A stretch of 38,112 nt of DNA from a virus: the IMG/VR virus record IMGVR_UViG_3300017440_000005, positions 1 to 38,112 of that record. One strand, 5' to 3'. This document shows positions 1-7,850 of this stretch, one piece after another (within the stretch, counting starts at the first letter, position 1; every line of letters starts with the position of its first letter). The notes below the pieces were generated by a model. It searched no databases. It was not told where the DNA came from and saw nothing but the letters and a program-made list of their open reading frames with translations. The position numbers and the translations under genes are program-made.

Positions 1-39
1 GCGCAGGTGCCGGCATGAGCGCTCCTCAGACCTTCCCAA
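1..39. repeat. terminal redundancy, copy 1 (identical to 38074-38112)
   Basis: gcgcaggtgccggcatgagcgctcctcagaccttcccaa is present at both window ends; consistent with a circular or circularly permuted molecule of about 38,073 bp. Confidence 0.95.
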
Positions 40-302
40 ACGCACAGGCGGTAAGCCCTGACCTCGCACAGCTTGAACGGCTGATCGAAAAGGCCATCGC
101 CGCGCGCCCCGCTGCTCGTGACGGACAATTGCTGTCCACGATGCAAGGCTTGGCGCTCGCTACGGCGGTGTACGACCTGTTCCAAGACGACGGCATGTTG
201 CTAGTGGTCGAGAACATCGCCGCTGATATGGCACCTGAGCCGCCCACGACCGGACACTGGATCACGCACTACTCGCCTGATGGCTACGGGAGGCCCGCAT
301 AA
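15..302 (+). CDS. hypothetical early protein (95 aa)
   Basis: ATG at 15; across the junction this ATG overlaps the stop of 37783..38091 (ATGA); its stop overlaps the next start (TAATG). Confidence 0.6.
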   Translation: MSAPQTFPNAQAVSPDLAQLERLIEKAIAARPAARDGQLLSTMQGLALATAVYDLFQDDGMLLVVENIAADMAPEPPTTGHWITHYSPDGYGRPA

Positions 303-568
303 TGGCTACCGCATACAACGTGTGGACCGCTGTCGAGCATATCGGCGCGCTTGTTCAAGGCACGACGCAGCCGATTGAGCGACCCGCGCAGATTGCACGC
401 CGCGCGCTTCGCCTCACCCGCTTCCCGCCGTGTGCCGCCTGCGGACACCCGTTCGGCATCTGCGAGTGCGACCCCGACGTGTCAATGGCCGCTGGCATCC
501 GTGCCCGTGAGGAAGCGGAGGGCGAGGCTCTTGTCGCTCGCATGAACCTGGAAGGATCGCGCGCATGA
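302..568 (+). CDS. hypothetical protein with Cys cluster (CAACGHPFGICEC)
   Basis: 88-aa ORF coupled to neighbours by TAATG and ATGA overlaps. Confidence 0.6.
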   Translation: MATAYNVWTAVEHIGALVQGTTQPIERPAQIARRALRLTRFPPCAACGHPFGICECDPDVSMAAGIRAREEAEGEALVARMNLEGSRA

Positions 569-768
569 ACCGTGACGCACTTACCGCAGCCGTGGCGGAA
601 GCGGAGCGCTTTATCGCCCGCGCCAAGTCGCTGCCCGCGCCTAAGCCTTACGAGTACCAAGGTCAGTCGTTCACGCACGACAATTTCCCTCGCCAACAGG
701 GTGAAATCCGCCGTGCCAGCATGGACTTGACCCGCGCCCTCGCTGATCTGCGGAGGCCGGGCGCATGA
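565..768 (+). CDS. hypothetical protein (67 aa)
   Basis: ATGA overlaps at both ends within the + strand operon. Confidence 0.55.
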   Translation: MNRDALTAAVAEAERFIARAKSLPAPKPYEYQGQSFTHDNFPRQQGEIRRASMDLTRALADLRRPGA

Positions 769-1091
769 CCCATTCATCAACAGTAGCGGATACGCTGGAT
801 GCTGGACATACGCCGGGTCCGTGGACGGTTGCGGGCAAAGGCTACGGCTGGGACCACTTTGCCGCCATCGTCACACCGACCGGCATAGTCGCCAATTGTC
901 ACATTGCGGCACTTTCACGGTCGTATGAGCAGACCGCCGCAGACGCTAGGCTGATAGCCGCTGCGCCTGATTTGCTTGATGCGCTGGACGACCTCGTCTC
1001 GCGTCTCGCGAACACCGGCCATCACAACAGCATCGAAATGGCAGCGGCCCGCAAGGCTCTCGCCAAAGCACGCGGTGAGGTACAGCCATGA
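765..1091 (+). CDS. conserved phage protein, paralog A (GPW...ADARLIAAAPDL motif)
   Basis: 108 aa; most residues are identical to the 102-aa product of 37783..38091, with many synonymous nucleotide differences. Confidence 0.7.
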   Translation: MTHSSTVADTLDAGHTPGPWTVAGKGYGWDHFAAIVTPTGIVANCHIAALSRSYEQTAADARLIAAAPDLLDALDDLVSRLANTGHHNSIEMAAARKALAKARGEVQP

Positions 1092-1315
1092 ACGGCGCTT
1101 ACCGCACCAGCGAGCCGGATCAGGCGCTTCTACGCCCACATACGTCATCATGGCAGCGTGATCGTGCATCGGGACCGCTGCTTCCGATGGACGCGCACAA
1201 GGCTTGGTACGCGCTGACCATCTTCGGCTGGCGTGAGCCGGTCAAGGTGGCCGCTGTGGCGCTTGTGGGCTTCGGCCTCCTCTATCTCATCTTTTGCATC
1301 GGAGTAGCGCTGTGA
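1088..1315 (+). CDS. small protein with C-terminal transmembrane helix
   Basis: 75 aa; hydrophobic tail VAAVALVGFGLLYLIFCIGVAL; ATGA overlap upstream. Confidence 0.5.
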   Translation: MNGAYRTSEPDQALLRPHTSSWQRDRASGPLLPMDAHKAWYALTIFGWREPVKVAAVALVGFGLLYLIFCIGVAL

Positions 1316-2103
1316 ACGCACCCGCCATCATCACGCCCGATCGCGGCGTTGACGCTTACCGTATGTCCACCGACGCCGCGGGCATCTGCCGCGATATCGT
1401 CATCGCGACTGCCAGCACTATTGGGGGCAAGTCCTACGTAGGTGTTGAAGGCTGGCAGGCTATCGCTGTCGCTCACGGTTGTGCTGCATCGGCTGACCAT
1501 GTGGAGCGCGTTACCGACGACGGTATGACCGGCTTTAAGGCTGTCGGCATCGTGCGTCGCATGTCCGATGGCGTGGAGATTGCGCGCGGGGAAGGCTTTT
1601 TGGGTGACGACGAAGGAACCTGGTCGAAGCGCCCCGTCTATGCCCGCCGCGCGATGGTGCAAACCCGCGCCATCTCCCGTGCGTGCCGCTCGGCGTTTGC
1701 TCATGTCGTCGTGATGATGAAGGCGGACTTGTCGACTACGCCGGCTGAGGAAGTGCCGGCGGAAGGCTTTGACAATCGCCCCCGCGCAGTCCGTCAAGAG
1801 CCGCAGCAGGCTTCGCCGCAAAGAGTGGTGGAGAATGAGCAACAGCGTCGCGCGCCGCCTCTCACTGGTCCAATCAAGACCCGTTCTGCCATTCGCATCG
1901 CGTGCGGAAATTTTGCGCGTGAGCTTGAAGCGTGCGGCGATGACGAAATGCTCGAAGCACTGCTGGTGTCCGAAAAGCCGCTGCTGGACCAGATACAGGA
2001 CGAAGCCCGCTTCTATTGGGAAGGCGATGGTGCCGACTTCCTCGGGCTGGACAAGGAAATACAGCGCCGGCGCGAGCTGATCGCCATGCAGGAAGCGGCG
2101 TGA
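1312..2103 (+). CDS. Bet/RecT-family single-strand annealing protein (putative)
   Basis: YVGVEGWQAI and GTWSKRPVYARRAMVQTRAISRACRSAF resemble lambda Bet VVGVDGWSRI and GPWQSHPKRMLRHKAMIQCARLAF. Start chosen at GTG 1312 (GTGA overlap) rather than the track ATG at 1294. Confidence 0.55.
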   Translation: MNAPAIITPDRGVDAYRMSTDAAGICRDIVIATASTIGGKSYVGVEGWQAIAVAHGCAASADHVERVTDDGMTGFKAVGIVRRMSDGVEIARGEGFLGDDEGTWSKRPVYARRAMVQTRAISRACRSAFAHVVVMMKADLSTTPAEEVPAEGFDNRPRAVRQEPQQASPQRVVENEQQRRAPPLTGPIKTRSAIRIACGNFARELEACGDDEMLEALLVSEKPLLDQIQDEARFYWEGDGADFLGLDKEIQRRRELIAMQEAA

Positions 2104-2264
2104 TGACGGCCGCCACCGATCCTGTCGCCTACAACCGCGACATATACGGGCGTAGCGAGCGTGAGCGCCTGCGCCGCATCAATTACACCCGCGCTGCCCG
2201 TGGTGCGCCTCTGGTGGCGTCTCTGGCGGAAACGCGGTTACGTCGACCGATGGAGGCGCGGTGA
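2103..2264 (+). CDS. small hypothetical protein (53 aa)
   Basis: ATG 2103 shares its A with the stop (2101-2103) of the preceding gene (TGATG); in frame with track ORF 2016..2264. Confidence 0.4.
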   Translation: MTAATDPVAYNRDIYGRSERERLRRINYTRAARGAPLVASLAETRLRRPMEAR

Positions 2265-2620
2265 TGCCCCTCCCCGCCCGCCGCAAGCACAACAGCAATC
2301 GCGCTCACAAAGCGCGTGAGTATCCGCAGCATCGCGCTTGGGTTCGCGGCTTCCCGTGCATGGTGAAAGGCTGCGAGCCGAACCTGCGTGAGCCGGAAAC
2401 GATGGTGATCGAGGCCGCGCACGTTCGCCGCAATACCGATGGCGGGACTGCGCTCAAGCCGCACGATAAATGGGTGGTTCCGTTGTGCATCAAACATCAT
2501 CGCGAGCAGCACCGCGCCGACCTGACGTTTGAGGCCAAGTACGACATCGACACGCGCGACAAGGCTATCGAATACGCTGCCGGTTCGCCTCACCGCCACA
2601 AGTGGGAGTGCGACGAATGA
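2261..2620 (+). CDS. HNH-type / DUF968-like nuclease (putative)
   Basis: CMVKGC ... AAHVRRNTDGGTALKPHDKWVVPLCIKHHREQH matches the Cys-His pattern of lambdoid DUF968/HNH proteins. Confidence 0.5.
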   Translation: MMPLPARRKHNSNRAHKAREYPQHRAWVRGFPCMVKGCEPNLREPETMVIEAAHVRRNTDGGTALKPHDKWVVPLCIKHHREQHRADLTFEAKYDIDTRDKAIEYAAGSPHRHKWECDE

Positions 2621-3024
2621 ACGGACAAACAGTCATCCTGCGCGGTGATAGCCAACGCGACTTCGCCAAAGCGCTTATCAACCGCGCGCCCGACGACAGC
2701 GTGGTCAACATCCAGGCGGCACGTCGCACCAACGACCAGAACGCCAAGATGCACGCCATGCTGTCGGACATCGCCCGCGCCAAGCCGCAAGGCCGGGTGC
2801 TGACCACCGATGTGTGGAAGGCGCTGTTCATGGCTGAGGCGGGCTTCCGCTGCCATTTTGAGCCGAGCTTAGACGGCACTGGCGTTGTCCCGCTCGGGTT
2901 TAAGTCGTCCAAGCTGCGCAAGGCAGAATTTAGCGACCTCATCGAGTGCATCGGCGCTTTCGGCGCAGAGCATGGCGTCGAGTGGTCGGAACCGCACCCC
3001 TTTCAGTCGGAGTCACACTCATGA
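2617..3024 (+). CDS. ninB: NinB (Orf-family) recombination protein
   Basis: RTNDQNAKMHAMLSDIARA...VWKALF...KSSKLRKAEFSDLIECIGAFGAEHGVEWSE parallels lambda NinB RSLDQNRKLWACLGDVSRQ...SWKCVF...STSRMRVGEFAELLELIQAFGTERGVKWSD; ATG 2617 in ATGA overlap. Confidence 0.8.
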   Translation: MNGQTVILRGDSQRDFAKALINRAPDDSVVNIQAARRTNDQNAKMHAMLSDIARAKPQGRVLTTDVWKALFMAEAGFRCHFEPSLDGTGVVPLGFKSSKLRKAEFSDLIECIGAFGAEHGVEWSEPHPFQSESHS

Positions 3025-3635
3025 CCACATCCCCAACCACCGATATTCAACCCGAGCAGAGCGACATTGACGCTGCGACGCGCTGGAAGGGCATCTGGGG
3101 CTCTTTCGCTGACCGTTTGCCAGTGGAAGACCTCGCCTACGCGCTCGCCCGTCACCGCCTGACATTCACCACTCCTACTCTCGGGGACATGGTGATGGTG
3201 CCGCGTGAGCCGACAGAGGCGATGTGGGCGGCAGGTCGCGAAGCGGTAAACGATCAAGAGCCGTGGAGTGACTTGCCAGAGATTTGGTCCGCCATGCTCT
3301 CCGCTGCCCCTGCATCCCCTATCCCCATCTCTGTAAACGGGACGGGGGAACGGGAGCGTATTGGCGCGGCCATCGACAGCTTCTCGGCCGGGATGCTCCA
3401 CAGTGAAAAGATCGACGCGGTTATCGCCGCCCTCTCGCCCGCACTCGATAATACAGCGGTGGAGGGGCAACTGCGCGAGGCTGGCGGTATCCTCGCAAAA
3501 GCATTGGAGACAATCGCCTCGCGCAAGTGGAACAGTAAGCCGGATGCCGTAGCGATCGCCGACGCCGCTTTGCTCGCGTCACAGCGGGTAATGACCCGCG
3601 CCACCCTCACCGCAGAGACGGAGAAGGCGCGATGA
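3021..3635 (+). CDS. hypothetical protein (204 aa)
   Basis: ATG 3021 (ATGA overlap with the ninB stop), in frame with track ORF 2946..3635. Confidence 0.55.
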   Translation: MTTSPTTDIQPEQSDIDAATRWKGIWGSFADRLPVEDLAYALARHRLTFTTPTLGDMVMVPREPTEAMWAAGREAVNDQEPWSDLPEIWSAMLSAAPASPIPISVNGTGERERIGAAIDSFSAGMLHSEKIDAVIAALSPALDNTAVEGQLREAGGILAKALETIASRKWNSKPDAVAIADAALLASQRVMTRATLTAETEKAR

Positions 3636-3928
3636 GCGTACCTTGTCCACACCCAACGGTTTACGATCGTGGCGAGTGCTGCGGCAAGTGTCCGACGACC
3701 CAGCAAGACAGTGTAGATGTGGAGCGGCTTGTTGAGCGCATCATTCGTGAGCAGGTGGGTGACGTCTTCTACGACGACGTGCGATGGCTCTCCAATCGCC
3801 AAATCGTAGAGCAATGCGTCCTAGCCGCACTCTCCCTACCTATCACCCAAAGAGACGAGCAGGGCGAGTGTATCTGTGCGCGATGTGGCATCCGGCACGC
3901 TAGACTCTTTTCGGGAGGTGACTTCTGA
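3632..3928 (+). CDS. hypothetical Cys-rich protein (98 aa)
   Basis: CPHP...CCGKCP and CICARCG motifs; ATGA overlap upstream. Confidence 0.55.
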   Translation: MSVPCPHPTVYDRGECCGKCPTTQQDSVDVERLVERIIREQVGDVFYDDVRWLSNRQIVEQCVLAALSLPITQRDEQGECICARCGIRHARLFSGGDF

Positions 3929-4338
3929 TGACCCCTCCATCCTCCGTATCACGGATACCTGTTATGGTAGATAACGAACAAGGTGTGGGCGCGTCTGTTG
4001 GACCGGGCTCGCAGGCCTACGGCCCTGAGCCAGCTACGCCGTCTCAGCCTGTCGGTGCTGATCCCTCGCGCACAGAGGTTAACCCGTTCCTCGTACAGGC
4101 GATTGACGACGCTATTGATGCTGCATGGGACGCGCACAAGGACGTGCTCACCCTCCAAATCGCTGAATCAATGTGGGCGGGCTTCAAAGGCTCCGTGCCT
4201 CGGAAAGAACGCCGTCAGCGACAGGGCACCCGGTTCGTTAACGCTTACCGCACCGTCCGGATTAGCATCCATCCTGAATGGGAATGGGGGTGGCGGCTCG
4301 TAGTCGCTGGCGATGAAATGATGGAGGTTTCGGCATGA
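3928..4338 (+). CDS. hypothetical protein (136 aa)
   Basis: Start overlaps the previous stop (TGATG); coupled to the next gene by ATGA. Confidence 0.5.
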   Translation: MTPPSSVSRIPVMVDNEQGVGASVGPGSQAYGPEPATPSQPVGADPSRTEVNPFLVQAIDDAIDAAWDAHKDVLTLQIAESMWAGFKGSVPRKERRQRQGTRFVNAYRTVRISIHPEWEWGWRLVVAGDEMMEVSA

Positions 4339-4850
4339 CTGACAATCCGGTTGTTGGCCACGCTACATGGGCCGATGAATCACACACGCCAGTTCGTAAA
4401 GATGAAGCTGAAGCGCTTTGGTCAGCAGCAGAGGCTGAGCAGCAGAAGCGTGCGGCTGACATGCCGACCGAGCGCGATGCGATCATTACCCTGTGGTCAG
4501 CGTATCAGCGGCTGAAAGAGCTTGATTGGAACGACGCGATCTACTGCCCGAAAGACGGCAGCAGCTTCGACGTAATCGAGCCGGGTAGCTCAGGCATCCA
4601 CACCTGCCACTATGATGGTGAGTGGCCAAACGGACACTGGTGGATCGCAGACGCTGGCGATCTGTGGCCCGCGCGTCCGATCCTGTACCGTCGCACAGAA
4701 GCCGAGAAAGCGCGCTGGGCGAAACTCTGCGACCGCTTCCGCGATAGCGATGGCAGCGGCGAAGCCGGCGTGACCGGCACGGGCACGACCGAAGGCAACA
4801 GCGCGGCCCGTAGGGATCGCCCACAATCCAGCGAGGAGCAGAAGGGATGA
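4335..4850 (+). CDS. hypothetical protein (171 aa)
   Basis: ORF in the coupled operon; no family recognised. Confidence 0.55.
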   Translation: MTDNPVVGHATWADESHTPVRKDEAEALWSAAEAEQQKRAADMPTERDAIITLWSAYQRLKELDWNDAIYCPKDGSSFDVIEPGSSGIHTCHYDGEWPNGHWWIADAGDLWPARPILYRRTEAEKARWAKLCDRFRDSDGSGEAGVTGTGTTEGNSAARRDRPQSSEEQKG

Positions 4851-5044
4851 CCACCTCTACCCAGCAAGCGGCAATAGGCGCAACACGCTTTCGGCGCATT
4901 GAACCGAGCGACACATACTCAGGCCTTACCGCGATCGGCCTCCCCTGCGGACGAGAATGGGTCACAATGAGCTACGGTGATGCAGCCGATGCCGCCCTAC
5001 TCGCCAAGCTAGACGAGATACCCGCTACTGAGGTGAGGCAGTGA
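4847..5044 (+). CDS. hypothetical protein (65 aa)
   Basis: ATGA overlap upstream, GTGA overlap downstream. Confidence 0.45.
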   Translation: MTTSTQQAAIGATRFRRIEPSDTYSGLTAIGLPCGREWVTMSYGDAADAALLAKLDEIPATEVRQ

Positions 5045-5358
5045 CGCCGCCTGAGTTGGACCGCCGCCTGTCCAAGAAGGTGGAAAGCGAGCGATGCATA
5101 CAGTTGAGCGTCGCTGATCTCGATATGCTGGTTGAGAGCGGCGCGCTCGATACCTTCCGGCTCTATGCAGCCAAGTGGCAGAAAGACCAATGCCGAGCAA
5201 GAAACGTCCGAAACCGCTCTATCAGCGCGGCATCTACAAGCTCTACGCCCGTGAAGATCGCGCGAACCTCGAAATTGTCTTCTACGACGACAGCCTCCGA
5301 CGCGAACGAAGCATTAGCGCGGGCACGAGCGATCACGCAGCCGGCCAAGCGAAACTAG
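5041..5358 (+). CDS. uncertain ORF in the excisionase position, overlapping the integrase 5' end
   Basis: GTG start coupled to the preceding stop, but the frame stays open about 170-185 nt into the integrase gene; may be real or an out-of-frame high-GC artefact. Confidence 0.3.
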   Translation: MTPPELDRRLSKKVESERCIQLSVADLDMLVESGALDTFRLYAAKWQKDQCRARNVRNRSISAASTSSTPVKIARTSKLSSTTTASDANEALARARAITQPAKRN

Positions 5359-6422
5359 ACCAGATATTCCTGGGGTCGCAACAGAAGCTTTGCAAAACGT
5401 GCGGGCGTCCGTTCGACGGTGATGGCTCCCCGCTGCTGTCACAGGCGATCACCGACTATCTGCTGAACAGCACCCACAAGGCTGGGTATAACGCCACGCG
5501 CGGGCGTCTGGCACACGTCATCACCTACGTGGCTGAGACGAACCCGCTGGTGACGTGCGCGCAGATAGACGAGCGCTGGGCGAACGCCTTTCGCAAATGG
5601 CTGGCGGCTAAGCCGATCGTGGAGGCAGTGAGCGGCAAGACGCGCGATCGGAGCATCGGCCACATTGAAGGTGTCGTGCGCCAGCTCATCGCCGCGATCA
5701 ACGCCACTCCGCACCAGCAAGCGACGTTCAAGGCCGGCGCTGCTGCCGAAGTGGCGCAGTCGCCCACCCACCGTGCGGACGTGAAGACGCTGGCGGCGAT
5801 GTTCCGCTATTGTCTCTATCCTGACGCGCGCACGCCCAAGGAAGCTGAGTGGCGGCGGAAGGAGCGCGAAAACCTACTGCGCTACCTACGCGCCGCGGTC
5901 GCCACCTGGGCGCGCCCGGAAGAAATCTTCGACCTTGGCGCAGGGCAGTGGTTCAAAGCGGCTCAGGTGCTCAACCTCAACCCGCCCGGCCGACGCCAGA
6001 CGAAGAAGTATCGCACCACCATCCCGGTCGCACGGCAGTTCGCGCCAGAGCTTGACCGCATGGGTAAGCACTACATGCCGGTAATCCACGTCCGCTCAAC
6101 GTGGGCGGGAATGCGTAAGGCAATCGGCTTGCCAACCACGCGGGGCGAGAGCGGCGAAAAGCTGATCCGCCGCAGCATGGCAACGCTGGTGCGTCGTCGC
6201 ATCGGTGAGGAAAAATGGCGGCAGGGCGAGATGATGCTCGGCCACGTCAAGCACAGTATCAGCGACATTTACGCCGTCCCGGACCCCGCCAATCTGGGCC
6301 TCGCGCTGGCTGAAACCGAAGCGATTATTGACGAGATTTGCGCCCTCGTTCCGGGCTCTTACCGCAAGTTTACCGCAGACGGGTCGGAGCTAACGGTTGT
6401 GGAGGGCGGGCTAAGTGGTTGA
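5175..6422 (+). CDS. int: tyrosine recombinase / phage integrase
   Basis: 415 aa; C-terminal LGHVKHSISDIYA (His...Tyr box), WARPEEIFDL Arg box, IRRSMATLVRR; lies directly beside a tRNA-derived att core. The start could also be ATG 5190. Confidence 0.85.
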   Translation: MAERPMPSKKRPKPLYQRGIYKLYAREDRANLEIVFYDDSLRRERSISAGTSDHAAGQAKLDQIFLGSQQKLCKTCGRPFDGDGSPLLSQAITDYLLNSTHKAGYNATRGRLAHVITYVAETNPLVTCAQIDERWANAFRKWLAAKPIVEAVSGKTRDRSIGHIEGVVRQLIAAINATPHQQATFKAGAAAEVAQSPTHRADVKTLAAMFRYCLYPDARTPKEAEWRRKERENLLRYLRAAVATWARPEEIFDLGAGQWFKAAQVLNLNPPGRRQTKKYRTTIPVARQFAPELDRMGKHYMPVIHVRSTWAGMRKAIGLPTTRGESGEKLIRRSMATLVRRRIGEEKWRQGEMMLGHVKHSISDIYAVPDPANLGLALAETEAIIDEICALVPGSYRKFTADGSELTVVEGGLSG

Positions 6423-6431
6423 TTTGGCTAG

Positions 6432-6477
6432 TGGAGCGGGTGAAGGGAATCGAACCCTCGTCGTAAGCTTGGGAAGC
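6432..6477 (-). other. attP core: 3' portion of tRNA-Gly(CCC); not a complete tRNA gene
   Basis: Minus-sense reads GCTTCCCAAGCTTACGACGAGGGTTCGATTCCCTTCACCCGCTCCA. This gives an anticodon loop TTCCCAA, a T arm GAGGG-TTCGATT-CCCTT, the acceptor 3' strand CACCCGC, a discriminator T and CCA. There is no D arm or 5' acceptor strand upstream. Confidence 0.75.
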
Positions 6478-6499
6478 CTTCAACGTGTGGGATTTCTGC

Positions 6500-6780
6500 G
6501 GCATTTTCACCTACCACACAGAGGAACATACGCGGACAGGATCGCGAACGGGCTGGCAACATCACCAGCTATTACCGCAGTTTTACCGCGCTAGGTGCTG
6601 CGCCGTTCCGCATATATGAAAACGGAGGCTGAGGTTTAACATCCCCGTGGCTAGGCCGCGGTTGCCAGTCTGGCGGTTGACGCTTCGTAGGGCGCGCAGC
6701 CGCAACCCTCCACGTCCAGCAACGCGGTGTTCCCACGCTGTAAAATAACGATCGCGGCGTTGCGATCGGCATTGTCGTGA
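6500..6780 (-). ncRNA. putative omega RNA (reRNA) scaffold of TnpB; extent approximate
   Basis: By analogy with characterised TnpB systems, the scaffold overlaps the tnpB 3' end and the right end. Stems seen: CGATCGC/GCGATCG (6749-6768), GCTGG/CCAGC (6552-6569), long-range CTGCGG/CCGCAG (6496-6501 with 6575-6580) and GTGTGG/CCACAC (6485-6490 with 6514-6519). Confidence 0.4.
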
Positions 6781-7850
6781 TAACCGCAGGTCGTGCACGA
6801 AAACACCGCTTGGCTCTTACGGCTTTTCTTGTCGACCTCCCCGCACGAAGAACACGTCTGCGAGGAATATGCGGCGTTCACCTTTACTAAGCGGTCAGCC
6901 TTGTACGAGAGCATCCACTCAATCTGATGCCAGCCGACTGACAAGATCGCCCGGTTCAACCCTCTTTTCTGGGCAACATTCTTTCCGGGCGCTACAGCCG
7001 TCCCGGCTGCGCTGGCAGTCATAGCCGTAGTTCGCAGGCACTCTATCACTACCGTGCCATAACGACGGGCAATCAGCGTTGTCGTGACATGCGCCCAATG
7101 CTTACGCACGCGGGTTTGCTTGGCCCTCAACGCTGCAACCCGCCGCTGCGCTTTGGCGTAACGACACGATCCTTTGCAACGCCTGCTCACCGTCCGCTGC
7201 GCTCTAGCGGCTCTTTTGTCGAGTACGGCTATTGCTGGCGGCAAGCTGTACGTGGTGCCATCCGAGAGCGCCAAAGGTAGCGAAACGCCGCGGTCGATCC
7301 CAACCGCCAAAGGCTTAACCGTTTGGCTATCAGGCACGTTGCAACCTAAGCTGACCTGCCAACCCTGAACAGAACGAACGAACGTGACTTCCCGAATATC
7401 GGCTGGCAACGCCCGAGTCAGCCGCAGCTTTACCCACCCAAGCTTTGGCACCCAGATTGCAGCCCAACGCTTATTAAGTTGTTCAACCTTCACGTCGCGG
7501 CCAGCGAAGGAGAAAGCGTCTCGCACGCCCTTCTTCTTAACGTTAGGGAAGCCTGCACCTGCTTTCCACATGCGCTGATATGCTGTGTCTAGGTCTTTAA
7601 GTGTCCGCTGTACGGCAGCTTGCGGAACCTCCCGGATAAAATCGAAGGTAGCGCGCAGCTCCGTAAGTTCACGGGACTGGCTCGTGTAGTTGAGGAAGCT
7701 GCCGGTCTTAGCCCGATACTGCCGCCAGAAATCTCGCCGCTGCTCTAACGCCAAGTTCCACACCAAACGGCAAACCCCGGCATACTGCGCTAGCAGCCCG
7801 GCCTGTGTTTGCGTCGGGTATAGTTTAAAAGCGTAGCCGCGATATGCCAC
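6651..7850 (-). CDS. tnpB: TnpB, RNA-guided DNA endonuclease (IS200/IS605 OrfB family)
   Basis: 399 aa; N-terminus YRGYAFKLYPTQTQ; RuvC candidates VGIDRG (D), VVIECL (E), NADRNAA (D); zinc finger CSSCG...CTTCG; GTG start preceded by AAGGA. Confidence 0.9.
   Translation of the reverse strand: MAYRGYAFKLYPTQTQAGLLAQYAGVCRLVWNLALEQRRDFWRQYRAKTGSFLNYTSQSRELTELRATFDFIREVPQAAVQRTLKDLDTAYQRMWKAGAGFPNVKKKGVRDAFSFAGRDVKVEQLNKRWAAIWVPKLGWVKLRLTRALPADIREVTFVRSVQGWQVSLGCNVPDSQTVKPLAVGIDRGVSLPLALSDGTTYSLPPAIAVLDKRAARAQRTVSRRCKGSCRYAKAQRRVAALRAKQTRVRKHWAHVTTTLIARRYGTVVIECLRTTAMTASAAGTAVAPGKNVAQKRGLNRAILSVGWHQIEWMLSYKADRLVKVNAAYSSQTCSSCGEVDKKSRKSQAVFSCTTCGYHDNADRNAAIVILQRGNTALLDVEGCGCAPYEASTARLATAA

Noticed and set aside
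1-39. Interpreting the 39-bp repeat as biological direct terminal repeats or att sites of an integrated prophage
   Set aside because: The repeat falls inside a coding junction that reads through seamlessly. The only tRNA-derived att sequence is internal and present in a single copy, which fits an excised or circular form with an assembly overlap.
6651-7850. Possibility that the TnpB is a nuclease-dead TldR-type repressor
   Set aside because: Candidate RuvC residues (D in GIDRG, E in VVIECL, D in NADRNAA) and the zinc finger all appear present. This still needs confirmation by alignment.
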